From Clostridia bacterium (GTDB lineage Bacteria; Bacillota; Clostridia; Christensenellales; Aristaeellaceae): DNA of 64,000 nucleotides. Location: contig JAGBBA010000057.1 of assembly GCA_017938695.1 (NCBI GenBank), positions 506-64,505 of the forward strand, written 5' to 3'. The translations under genes were made by a program, and so were the position numbers. Under the pieces are notes generated by a model. The model was given only the letters and a program-made list of their open reading frames with translations. It was not told the DNA's origin and ran no database searches. Positions 1 to 8,254 of this stretch are shown piece after piece. Numbering within the stretch: the stretch's first letter is position 1; each line of letters starts with the position of its first letter.

Positions 1-1
1 G

Positions 2-1807
2 CAGTTCGAGGCTATGGGCGTTGACCGGGTCAAGACCCGCAAGTCCGTGGCGTATATCGACCACAACACCCTGCAGACCGGCTTTGAAAACGCCGACGAC
101 CACCAGTATATCCAAACCGTGGCCAAGAAGCATGGCATTTTCTGCTCCAAGCCCGGCAACGGCATCTGCCATCAGGTGCAGCTGGAACGCTTCGGCGTGC
201 CCGGCCTGACCCTGCTGGGCTCCGACAGCCACACCCCCACCGGCGGCGGCATCGGCATGCTGGCCATCGGCGCGGGCGGCCTGGACGTGGCCGTGGCCAT
301 GGGCGGCGGTGCTTATTTCATGACCTGCCCGAAGGTGGTGGGCATCAAGCTGGTGGGCCAGCTGCAGAAGGGCGTGGCCGCCAAGGATATCATTCTGGAA
401 GTGCTGCGCCGCCTGAGCGTTAAGGGCGGTGTGGGCAAGGTGATGGAATACATCGGCCCCGGCGTGGCCACCCTGACCGTGCCCGAGCGCGCCACCATCG
501 CCAACATGGGCGCAGAGCTGGGCGCCACTACCTCCATCTTCCCCTCTGACGAGGTGACCCGCGCCTTCCTGAAGGCCCAGAAGCGCGAAGAGGACTTCGT
601 GCCCCTGGCTGCCGACGAGATCACCGCCTACGACGAAATGATCGAGATCGACCTGAGCACCCTGGTGCCCCTGGTGGCCCGTCCCCACATGCCCGACAAT
701 GTGGAAACCGTGGAGAACGTGGGCCCCATCAAGGTGGATCAGGTGTTCATCGGCAGCTGTACCAACTCCTCCTATCAGGATATGATGCGCGTGGCGAAGA
801 TCCTCAAGGGCAAGACCGTGCATCCCGACGTGAGTCTGGTCATCGGCCCCGGCTCCAAGCAGGTGCTGACCATGCTGGCCCGCAATGGTGCCCTGGCGGA
901 TATGCTGGGTGCCGGTGCTCGCATCCTGGAATCTGCCTGCGGCCCCTGCATCGGCATGGGCCAGAGCCCCAAGACCAACGCAGTGTCCGTCCGCACCAAC
1001 AACCGTAACTTCTACGCCCGCAGCGGAACCGCCTCTGCCGGCATTTACCTCACCAGCTGCGAAACGGCCGCCATCACCGCCCTCACCGGCGTGCTGACCG
1101 ACCCCCGCTGCCTGGATATGGATCTCACCATCCCCCAGCCCGAAGAATTCGAAGTCAACGACAACCTGGTGATTCCCCCCGTGGAAGCCGGTGCCGAGGA
1201 CACGGTGGAAGTCGTGCGCGGCCCCAACATCCAGCCCTTCCCCCTGGGCCACACCCTGGAAGCCGACGTGGCTGGCAAGGCCCTTTTGAAGATGGAGGAC
1301 AACATCACCACCGACCACATCATGCCCTCCAATGCCAAGCTCCTGCCCTACCGCAGCAACGTGCCCTACCTGAGCGATTTCTGCCTCACCCCCGTGGATG
1401 AAACCTTCCCTGCCCGCGCCAAGGCAGAAAAGGGCGGCTTCCTGGTGGCTGGCAGCAACTATGGCCAGGGCTCCAGCCGTGAGCATGCCGCCCTGGTGCC
1501 GCTGTACCTGGGCATCCGCGCGGTGGCTGCCAAGAGCTTCGCCCGCATCCACCAGGCAAATTTGATCAACAACGGCATTATGCCCTTGACCTTCCAGGAT
1601 GAAAAGGATTATGATGATATCGACATGATGGATGAGCTGGCTCTGCCGGGCATCCGCGCCGCCATCGAGGCTGGCGAGGAGAAGCTCACCCTGCGCAACG
1701 TCACCAAGGGACACGACTACACCGTGCTTCTCCCCCTGACCGAGCGCCAGCGCGGTATGATCCTGGCAGGCGGCCTCCTCAACTACACGAAGGAGTGCAA
1801 TAGCTAA
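2..1807 (+). CDS. aconitate hydratase (aconitase), 5' end cut by window edge
   Basis: The frame is open from nt 2. Fe-S ligand motifs IGSCTNSS and CGPCIGMG plus GSSREHAA match the aconitase/IPM-isomerase family. Confidence 0.9.
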   Translation, partial: QFEAMGVDRVKTRKSVAYIDHNTLQTGFENADDHQYIQTVAKKHGIFCSKPGNGICHQVQLERFGVPGLTLLGSDSHTPTGGGIGMLAIGAGGLDVAVAMGGGAYFMTCPKVVGIKLVGQLQKGVAAKDIILEVLRRLSVKGGVGKVMEYIGPGVATLTVPERATIANMGAELGATTSIFPSDEVTRAFLKAQKREEDFVPLAADEITAYDEMIEIDLSTLVPLVARPHMPDNVETVENVGPIKVDQVFIGSCTNSSYQDMMRVAKILKGKTVHPDVSLVIGPGSKQVLTMLARNGALADMLGAGARILESACGPCIGMGQSPKTNAVSVRTNNRNFYARSGTASAGIYLTSCETAAITALTGVLTDPRCLDMDLTIPQPEEFEVNDNLVIPPVEAGAEDTVEVVRGPNIQPFPLGHTLEADVAGKALLKMEDNITTDHIMPSNAKLLPYRSNVPYLSDFCLTPVDETFPARAKAEKGGFLVAGSNYGQGSSREHAALVPLYLGIRAVAAKSFARIHQANLINNGIMPLTFQDEKDYDDIDMMDELALPGIRAAIEAGEEKLTLRNVTKGHDYTVLLPLTERQRGMILAGGLLNYTKECNS

Positions 1808-1808
1808 C

Positions 1809-2696
1809 ATGAAGAAACTGGCGGCACTGTTCCTGGCCCTGATGCTGCTCCTGTCCACCGCTGTGGCGGAGGGCTGCATCGTCAACCTGATCGACGATCC
1901 TGATACGGAGTTTGCCTTTGAAGAGGGCAAGGACATCTTTTCCGTGGTGTACCCCAACATTCACGGCTCCGATGCGGCGATCCTCATGTATCAGGACGAA
2001 GTATGGATGATCGACTGCTCCACCGACGACCAGGCCCCCCATCTGGTGGTGCCTGCCCTGGAGGATCTGGGCATCACCCACATCGACGTGGCCTTCAACA
2101 GTCACCCCCACGACGACCATATCACCGGCTTTGAGTTCATCGACAAACAGGCCAGCATCGGCACGCTGATGGTGGCCTTCCCCGAGGACTACAACTACAT
2201 CATCAAGCGCACCGTGTATCGCCTGAAGAACAAGGGTACCGCTGTGGCCCACACCGCCGACGGCGAGACCCTCACCATGGGCGACGGCGGCGTGACCATG
2301 GACGTGGTGCAGCGTTTCGGCGGCGGCTTTACCGACAACGACAAGTCCGCCTTGCTGATGATCCGCTACGGCCAGCGCAGCCTGTTCACCGTGGGCGATA
2401 TCGAGAACCGCGGCCAGCAGGCCCTGCTGGACAATCCCCCGGCCTGTGGCGTGAAGGCGGACATCCTGAAGTATCCCCACCACGGCCACGCCCCCATGAA
2501 CCGGGAGCTATTCCAGCAGATCGACCCCGAGCTGGTGCTGATCACAGCCCACCAGTTCCCGGCGGACGACGGCTTTGATTTCATCCAGCAGATGGGCGTG
2601 CCGGGGTTGAGCACCTGGTACGGCATCATCCGCTTCCGCACCGATGGCAACATCTGGGTGGTGGACATGCTGCCCACCCGTGTGCAGAACAAGTGA
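1809..2696 (+). CDS. secreted MBL-fold metallo-hydrolase
   Basis: N-terminal signal peptide MKKLAALFLALMLLLSTAVA. HxHxDH motif (HPHDDH) and downstream HHGH. Confidence 0.8.
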   Translation: MKKLAALFLALMLLLSTAVAEGCIVNLIDDPDTEFAFEEGKDIFSVVYPNIHGSDAAILMYQDEVWMIDCSTDDQAPHLVVPALEDLGITHIDVAFNSHPHDDHITGFEFIDKQASIGTLMVAFPEDYNYIIKRTVYRLKNKGTAVAHTADGETLTMGDGGVTMDVVQRFGGGFTDNDKSALLMIRYGQRSLFTVGDIENRGQQALLDNPPACGVKADILKYPHHGHAPMNRELFQQIDPELVLITAHQFPADDGFDFIQQMGVPGLSTWYGIIRFRTDGNIWVVDMLPTRVQNK

Positions 2697-2704
2697 GGTG
2701 CGCC

Positions 2705-3388
2705 ATGAAGTACCGCTATCTCCTGGCTGACAACGACAACACCCTGATGGACTTCGATGCCGCCGAACGCAAGGCATTGCGCAACGCCCTGGCTGCCTTC
2801 GGCCAGAGCTGCGACGATGAAACCTTTAACACCTATCACCACATCAACAAGCTTCTGTGGGAGGCCCTTGAGCGCGGCGAAACCACCCAGGCCAAGCTAA
2901 AGGTAGAACGCTTCGCCCAGCTCATCGCCCACTACGGATGGCCGGGCATTGACCCGGTGCAGCTGGCCGCCACCTTCCAGAACGACTTGGCCACCCATGC
3001 CGATCTGATCCCCGGCACGATGGATTTCCTCCGAGCCGTGAAGCCCCACATGAAGATCGCCCTGGTGTCCAACGGCGTCAGCTTCACCCAGCGCAACCGC
3101 CTGAGCGTGTGCGAGTTCACTTACCTGCTGGACGCGGTGGTGATCTCCGAGGAGATCGGCGTCAGCAAGCCCAATCCTCTGATGGTGGAAAAAGCCCTCG
3201 AAATGCTGGGCTGCACCGACAAGCGCGAGGCCGTTTTCCTGGGGGATAGTCACTCCGCTGACATTGCCGCCGCCTGCAATGCGGGCATCGACAGCATCTG
3301 GCTCACCCGCAAGGGGAAGGGGCAGAGCGACAAGGCTACCTATATTGTGGAAAGCCTGGAAGAGGCCGCTGAAATTCTGCTGAAGTAA
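2705..3388 (+). CDS. HAD-IA family hydrolase (nucleotidase/phosphatase-like)
   Basis: DxDxT motif (DNDNTLMDF), SNG motif and a C-terminal GDS..D motif. The ATG at 2705 follows GAGG; the track start at 2693 is a GTG overlapping the previous stop. Confidence 0.8.
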   Translation: MKYRYLLADNDNTLMDFDAAERKALRNALAAFGQSCDDETFNTYHHINKLLWEALERGETTQAKLKVERFAQLIAHYGWPGIDPVQLAATFQNDLATHADLIPGTMDFLRAVKPHMKIALVSNGVSFTQRNRLSVCEFTYLLDAVVISEEIGVSKPNPLMVEKALEMLGCTDKREAVFLGDSHSADIAAACNAGIDSIWLTRKGKGQSDKATYIVESLEEAAEILLK

Positions 3389-3397
3389 ATGAACAGA

Positions 3398-3429
3398 AAC
3401 CGCAAGCTGGTCAAGGCTTGCGGTTTTTT
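3398..3429 (+). terminator. rho-independent terminator after the HAD gene
   Basis: aaccgcaagc / gcttgcggtt 10-bp stem followed by a T-run. Confidence 0.8.
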
Positions 3430-3457
3430 GCAAGCAGGTTTATATTGCAGCAAGGGG

Positions 3458-3700
3458 CCGCTTTCGCGCGTCGAAAGCGGCGCAAAGCCGCCGGGGGGAA
3501 GCGATTACGCTTCCCTCCGGACCCCCTCGCTCCTTTTGGGGCAAGTCGAGCGGCTGTAAAGCGGGGCGGCTCCGTTGCAGAGGATTGCCTGAATTTCCGC
3601 TTTCAGCGGAAGCAATCCTCTGCAAAGTCACCGCATTGTTCCTTTGCGGCTTGAGCGACAGCCGCAGGGGCTTGAGGGGGGCGGGGCTGCTGGCTGTTTT
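3458..3700. repeat. hairpin-array intergenic element (distant member of the window-wide family)
   Basis: Consecutive perfect hairpins: ccgctttcg/cgaaagcgg, gggaagcg/cgcttccc and a long gcagaggattgc...gcaatcctctgc at 3577-3623. The GAGGATTGCC core is shared with other copies. Confidence 0.6.
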
Positions 3701-3790
3701 GGGGAAAGGTATACTCAGGGTTCGGGTTTTTCTTGTATTTTCCATCATGGGTATGGTATACTGAAAAAAAGTTTCGTTGGAGGTGCCGGT

Positions 3791-4558
3791 ATGGCTTTTC
3801 TTCAAGTACAATTCTTTTCTGAAACACTGAACGTTGCATCCACCGTCAATGTTATTATGCCCGAGCCCAGCCAGGGCATTGGCATGGAAGCCGCCCAGGC
3901 CGACGAGCTGCCCAAGGTGCTGTATCTGCTCCATGGTTACAGCGACGACCACTCCATCTGGATGCGCCGCACCTCGGTGGAGCGCTACGCCGCCCAGCAC
4001 AACCTGGCGGTGATCATGCCCGCGGTGAACCACAGCTTCTACACCAACGAGGTGCAGGGCGAACGCTACTGGGATTATGTGAGCGAAGAGCTCCCCCGGG
4101 CCATGCACCGGTTCTTCCGCCTGTCTGACAAGCCCGAGGATACCTTCGTGGCGGGCCTGTCCATGGGCGGCTACGGCGCCATGAAGCTGGCCCTCACCCA
4201 CCCGGAGCGTTTCGGCGCGGCAGCAAGCTTCTCCGGTGCAGTGAACATCTGCGACATGACCGGCCGCAGCAAGGACCGGCTGGATGGCTTCCGCCGGGTG
4301 TTCGGCCCCCTGAGCAAGATGAAGGGCAGCCAGCACGACCTGTTCCACCTGATGAAGAACAAGCCCGAGAACGCGCCCCGACTCTACGTTTCCTGCGGCA
4401 CGGCGGATTTCCTGTATCACCAGCATGAGAAGTTCATCCCTGCGCTGAAGAAGTACGGCTGGGACGTGACCCACTACGAGGAGCCCGACGCAGTGCACGA
4501 GTGGGGCTTCTGGGATCGGGAGATCAAGAAGTTCATCCCCTTTGCCATGGAAAAATAA
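3791..4558 (+). CDS. esterase family protein (esterase D / tributyrin esterase-like serine hydrolase)
   Basis: GLSMGGYGA (GxSxG nucleophile elbow). GGAGG RBS sits 8 nt before the ATG at 3791. The upstream part of the track ORF lies in repeat DNA. Confidence 0.8.
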   Translation: MAFLQVQFFSETLNVASTVNVIMPEPSQGIGMEAAQADELPKVLYLLHGYSDDHSIWMRRTSVERYAAQHNLAVIMPAVNHSFYTNEVQGERYWDYVSEELPRAMHRFFRLSDKPEDTFVAGLSMGGYGAMKLALTHPERFGAAASFSGAVNICDMTGRSKDRLDGFRRVFGPLSKMKGSQHDLFHLMKNKPENAPRLYVSCGTADFLYHQHEKFIPALKKYGWDVTHYEEPDAVHEWGFWDREIKKFIPFAMEK

Positions 4559-4670
4559 TCAAGCAGCAAGAAAAGACGAGCATCCGGCACAAGGTCGGAC
4601 GCTCGTTTGTATAAGAAGTTGTACAAACGGGTGCCATGGGGGGCCCCGCTTTCTCAGCCACCGGTCACGA

Positions 4671-5024
4671 TCACTCCGGCCGCCAGAATCCGCCGGTGTG
4701 GAAGTTCTCCCCCTCCAGCTTTTCCGCCGTCATGCGGAACATCACGCAGCCGTCGGGGCAAACGATGGTCTTGCTATATTGCCCGTCGCCGCCGATGTTC
4801 CGCAGGTCGCCCCCGGCGCGCACCGCCTCCATAATGGGGAACATCTGCAGCATCACCTTGGAGCAGATGCCCTGGCCCTGCGCATTCACCGGGCAGCCGT
4901 AGGTGCAGGTATACTTGTCGCCGATCTCCTCGCCATTGCGGCAGTAGTTCTCCGTCTTGTCGCCCTGGAGGAACCCCACCACCTCGATGGTCCAGGCGTA
5001 CTCCTCGTCATACCACTTTTTCAT
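4671..5024 (-). CDS. small cysteine-rich protein (TIGR04076-like)
   Basis: GGAGG RBS before the ATG at 5024. Conserved-looking Cys pairs (YGCP...GIC, CPDGC). The family assignment is from memory of the motif pattern only. Confidence 0.6.
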   Translation of the reverse strand: MKKWYDEEYAWTIEVVGFLQGDKTENYCRNGEEIGDKYTCTYGCPVNAQGQGICSKVMLQMFPIMEAVRAGGDLRNIGGDGQYSKTIVCPDGCVMFRMTAEKLEGENFHTGGFWRPE

Positions 5025-5049
5025 AAATCCTCCATGTAAACTCAGATTG

Positions 5050-5260
5050 CCCAAAGGCTGATTTGGGTTCGACTAATTCAGCTGTCCGCAGGACTAAAAT
5101 CATGTAAGCCGGCTTTGCCGGCTTCGCGGGTCGTTGATTTTGCTTGCAAAATCAATTCCTTACAAATCCAGCCGTCCTCTGGTCGGCTGGATTTGCTTCC
5201 TCAAAAAAGTGGCTCTGCCACTTTTTTGAAACATAAAGCCGCAGCAAAAGCGCTGCGGCT
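5050..5260. repeat. array of six consecutive hairpins between two minus-strand genes
   Basis: Stems at about 5050-5067, 5106-5124, 5134-5155, 5164-5193, 5203-5227 (aaaaaagtggctctgccactttttt) and 5237-5260. The last two probably act as the recA terminator. Confidence 0.6.
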
Positions 5261-5267
5261 GCTTTTC

Positions 5268-6401
5268 TTATTCGTCTGCCAGTTCTTCTTCCAGCAGGGC
5301 CAGATCGTCCTCTTCCTCCTCGGCCTGGAGCTTCATGGCAGCCTCGTCCTCGGGGGCGGGCTCAGCGAAGAGCTCCTTGCGCAGGATAGCGTCGATCTCG
5401 TCGGTGATCTCGGGGTTGTCGCGCAGGTACAGGCGGGTGTTCTCGCGGCCCTGGCCGATGCGCTGATCCTTGTAGGAGAACCACGCGCCGCTCTTGTGGA
5501 TGATGTCGCGCTCCACGGCCATATCCAGCAGGGTGCCTTCCTTGGAGATGCCCTCGCCGTACACGATATCGAACTCGGCCACGCGGAAGGGCGGAGCCAC
5601 CTTGTTCTTCACGACCTTCACCTTGGTGTGGTTGCCCACGATGGCGGTGCCGTTCTTGAGCTGCTCGCCGCGGCGCACGTCCAGGCGCACAGAGGCGTAG
5701 AACTTCAGCGCACGGCCGCCGGGAGTGGTTTCGGGGTTGCCGTACATCACGCCCACCTTTTCACGCAGCTGGTTGATGAACACCGCCACGCAGCCGGTCT
5801 TGTTGATGATACCGGCCAGCTTGCGCAGGGCCTGGCTCATCAGTCGGGCCTGCAGGCCCACGAAGCTGTCGCCCATTTCGCCGTCGATTTCCGCCTTGGG
5901 CACCAGGGCCGCCACGGAGTCGATCACCACCACGTCCAGTGCACCGGAGCGCACCAGAGCCTCGGCAATTTCCAGGGCCTGCTCGCCGGTGTCGGGCTGG
6001 GAAACATAGAGCTCGTCGATGTTCACGCCCAGCTTCTTGGCATACACGGGGTCCAGCGCGTGCTCGGCGTCCACAAAGGCCGCGATGCCGCCAGCCTTCT
6101 GGGCCTCCGCCACGATGTGCAGGGCCACAGTGGTCTTACCGGAGGATTCAGGGCCATAGATCTCCACGATACGGCCGCGGGGAATACCGCCCACGCCCAG
6201 GGCTGCGTCCAGGGTGAGGCAGCCGGTGGGGATCACCTCGATATTCTGGGTGCTGGCCTCGCCCAGCTTCATCACAGAACCCTTGCCAAACTGTTTATCC
6301 AGATCAGCCAGCGCATGCTCCAGCGCCTTGAGCTTCTCTGCCTGCGCCCCGTCCTTCACGGGTGCAGTCTTTTCGGCCTTTGCCGCTTTCTTCGTTGCCA
6401 T
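5268..6401 (-). CDS. recA: recombinase RecA
   Basis: Walker A GPESSGKT and the typical RecA core ([24 protein letters not shown]). The ATG at 6401 follows AAAGGA; the track start at 6410 is a GTG too close to the RBS. Confidence 0.97.
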   Translation of the reverse strand: MATKKAAKAEKTAPVKDGAQAEKLKALEHALADLDKQFGKGSVMKLGEASTQNIEVIPTGCLTLDAALGVGGIPRGRIVEIYGPESSGKTTVALHIVAEAQKAGGIAAFVDAEHALDPVYAKKLGVNIDELYVSQPDTGEQALEIAEALVRSGALDVVVIDSVAALVPKAEIDGEMGDSFVGLQARLMSQALRKLAGIINKTGCVAVFINQLREKVGVMYGNPETTPGGRALKFYASVRLDVRRGEQLKNGTAIVGNHTKVKVVKNKVAPPFRVAEFDIVYGEGISKEGTLLDMAVERDIIHKSGAWFSYKDQRIGQGRENTRLYLRDNPEITDEIDAILRKELFAEPAPEDEAAMKLQAEEEEDDLALLEEELADE

Positions 6402-6483
6402 GTTGAACACGTCCTTTCAACTCGATAGACCTATCGTATCACGGCCTGTTCGCATTTGCAAGGGGAACACGCGAAAAAAGTCG

Positions 6484-6660
6484 CTTAAGGGCTTTCAGCC
6501 CTTAAGAATCCCGACCAGAGGGATTTCATCCCTCTGGACTCCCGCTCGGGGGTGGCCGGCGTAGTGGTCTGCGGGCAGGGGTCACGGCGCGAATACGGTC
6601 GCGCCGCGACGCGGAGCATGCGGCATTTGTGGCATACGCACTCCATTATTTCTCATTCAT
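6484..6660 (+). repeat. short copy of the mosaic hairpin element (2 unit hairpins + GC-hairpin module)
   Basis: cttaagggctttcagcccttaag (6484-6506), ccagagggatttcatccctctgg (6515-6537) and ggtcacggcgcga..tcgcgccgcgacgcggagc (6579-6617). Confidence 0.75.
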
Positions 6661-6688
6661 ATTCGATTGTTCTCCTTGTGTACTTCGC

Positions 6689-6718
6689 TTGACATTCATC
6701 CTTTTCCGGGCGTATAAT
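6689..6718 (+). promoter_or_regulatory. sigma-70-type promoter for the aro leader/operon
   Basis: TTGACA (6689-6694), an 18-nt spacer, then TATAAT (6713-6718). Confidence 0.6.
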
Positions 6719-6758
6719 CCAGCCATGGATACAGATAGTATCCGCAGGAGGAAACACC

Positions 6759-6821
6759 ATGCTGCATTGCTTCTACTTTACGTTTAGCGTCCCGGGCGGC
6801 TTTGCCGTGCCGGGTGTCTGA
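6759..6821 (+). CDS. candidate 20-aa leader peptide MLHCFYFTFSVPGGFAVPGV (Phe/Tyr-rich)
   Basis: AGGAGG sits 7 nt upstream of the ATG. The FYFTF codon cluster is at 6771-6785. It lies between the promoter and the terminator, upstream of DAHP synthase. Confidence 0.4.
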   Translation: MLHCFYFTFSVPGGFAVPGV

Positions 6822-6870
6822 GCGTACCGTTGAAGCAGCACCTTTTGCTGCCGCCATCGTGCGGCACGAT

Positions 6871-6904
6871 CCGGGCGGCCTTTAACGGCCCCCGGTTTTT
6901 ATTT
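6871..6904 (+). terminator. intrinsic terminator / attenuator in the aroF leader
   Basis: ccgggcggcc-tttaac-ggcccccgg stem followed by TTTTTATTT, ending 27 nt before the aroF ATG. Confidence 0.65.
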
Positions 6905-6930
6905 GCATTCATTAAAGGAGGCAACCACCC

Positions 6931-7944
6931 ATGATTATCGTTCTGAAGCAAGGCACTTCCCAGCAGGAGATTGACAAGCTGACAAACATTATCGTCAGCA
7001 AGGGCATCAATGTGAATCCTATGTTTGGTTCCGATCTGACCATTCTGGGCCTGATCGGCGACACCAGCCAGGTCGACCCCGCCCAGATCGAGTCCTTCCG
7101 CTGCGTTGAACGCATCATGAAGGTGGCAGAGCCCTTCAAAAAGGCCAACCGTATGTTCCACCCCGGCGAGAGCGTCATCAAGGTGGGCGATACCGAGGTG
7201 GGCGGCAAGAAGCTGGCCATTATGGCAGGCCCCTGCTCGGTGGAGAGCAAGGAGCAGATCACCTATGTGGCCCAGGAGGTCAAGAAGGCCGGTGCCACCA
7301 TTCTGCGCGGCGGTGCCTTCAAGCCCCGCACCTCCCCCTATGCCTTCCAGGGCCTGAAGTACGACGGCCTTGATCTGCTGGTAGAGGCCCGCGCCGCCAC
7401 CGGCCTGCCCATTGTTACCGAGATCATGAGCCCCTACGACATCGAGATCTTCGATGAAAAGGTGGACTGCATCCAGGTGGGTGCCCGCAACATGCAGAAC
7501 TTCGACCTTCTGCGCCTGCTGGGCCAGAGCAAGAAGCCCATCCTGCTCAAGCGCGGCCTGTCCTCCACCATCGAAGAGTGGCTCATGAGTGCCGAGTACA
7601 TCATGGCCGGTGGCAACCCCAACGTGATCCTGTGCGAGCGCGGCATCCGCACCTACGAAACCTACACCCGCAACACCCTGGACCTTTCCGCCGTGCTGGC
7701 CGTGAAGCGTCTGAGCCACCTGCCGGTCATCGTTGACCCCAGCCACGCCACCGGCAAGTTCTGGATGGTGGAGCCCCTGGCCCGCGCCGCCATCGCCGTA
7801 GGTGCCGACGGCGTGATGATCGAAGTCCACAACGACCCCGCCCACGCCCTGTGCGACGGTGCCCAATCCATCAAGCCCGACCTCTTCGCCGACGTCATGA
7901 AGGACATCCGCACCATCGCCGCCTGTGTCGGCCGCGAGGCCTAA
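6931..7944 (+). CDS. aroF: 3-deoxy-7-phosphoheptulonate (DAHP) synthase, type I-beta with N-terminal regulatory domain
   Basis: AAAGGAGG RBS. KDO8P/DAHP I-beta core (AGPCSVES, RGGAFKPRTSPY, DPSHATG) preceded by an extra domain of about 65 aa. Confidence 0.92.
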   Translation: MIIVLKQGTSQQEIDKLTNIIVSKGINVNPMFGSDLTILGLIGDTSQVDPAQIESFRCVERIMKVAEPFKKANRMFHPGESVIKVGDTEVGGKKLAIMAGPCSVESKEQITYVAQEVKKAGATILRGGAFKPRTSPYAFQGLKYDGLDLLVEARAATGLPIVTEIMSPYDIEIFDEKVDCIQVGARNMQNFDLLRLLGQSKKPILLKRGLSSTIEEWLMSAEYIMAGGNPNVILCERGIRTYETYTRNTLDLSAVLAVKRLSHLPVIVDPSHATGKFWMVEPLARAAIAVGADGVMIEVHNDPAHALCDGAQSIKPDLFADVMKDIRTIAACVGREA

Positions 7945-8239
7945 GGGGACTCTGTACCCTTAGGGATCCCCTGTCAGAGGGGCTTTGCCCCTCTGGACAC
8001 CCCACGAAGGGCCTTCGGCCCTTTCGAAACCCATGCGGGGAGAGCGTTGCTTGGCGGTCTCCGAGCTGGGGTCCCGGCGCGCAACGGGCGCGCCGCGACG
8101 CGGAGCAAGGCGCAAAGCCTCCCTTGTGCAAAGGGAGGTGGCAGCCCGCAGGGCTGCCGGAGGGATTGCCTGCTGCAATTCCCCTCATGCGCCCAGCCCA
8201 CACTCCATTCCGCATTCCGAATTCCGAATTCCGAATTCT
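7941..8239 (+). repeat. long mosaic hairpin element inside the aroF-aroB intergenic region (no terminator module)
   Basis: Three unit hairpins (7941-7963, 7974-7997, 8004-8025), the GC hairpin (8071-8107), the caaagcctccc..aagggaggtggcagccc..gggctgccggagggattgcctgc module (8113-8176) and a heptamer array (8205-8239). It is collinear with the 38740-39091 copy. Confidence 0.85.
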
Positions 8240-8254
8240 TCAAGGAGGCCTTCC

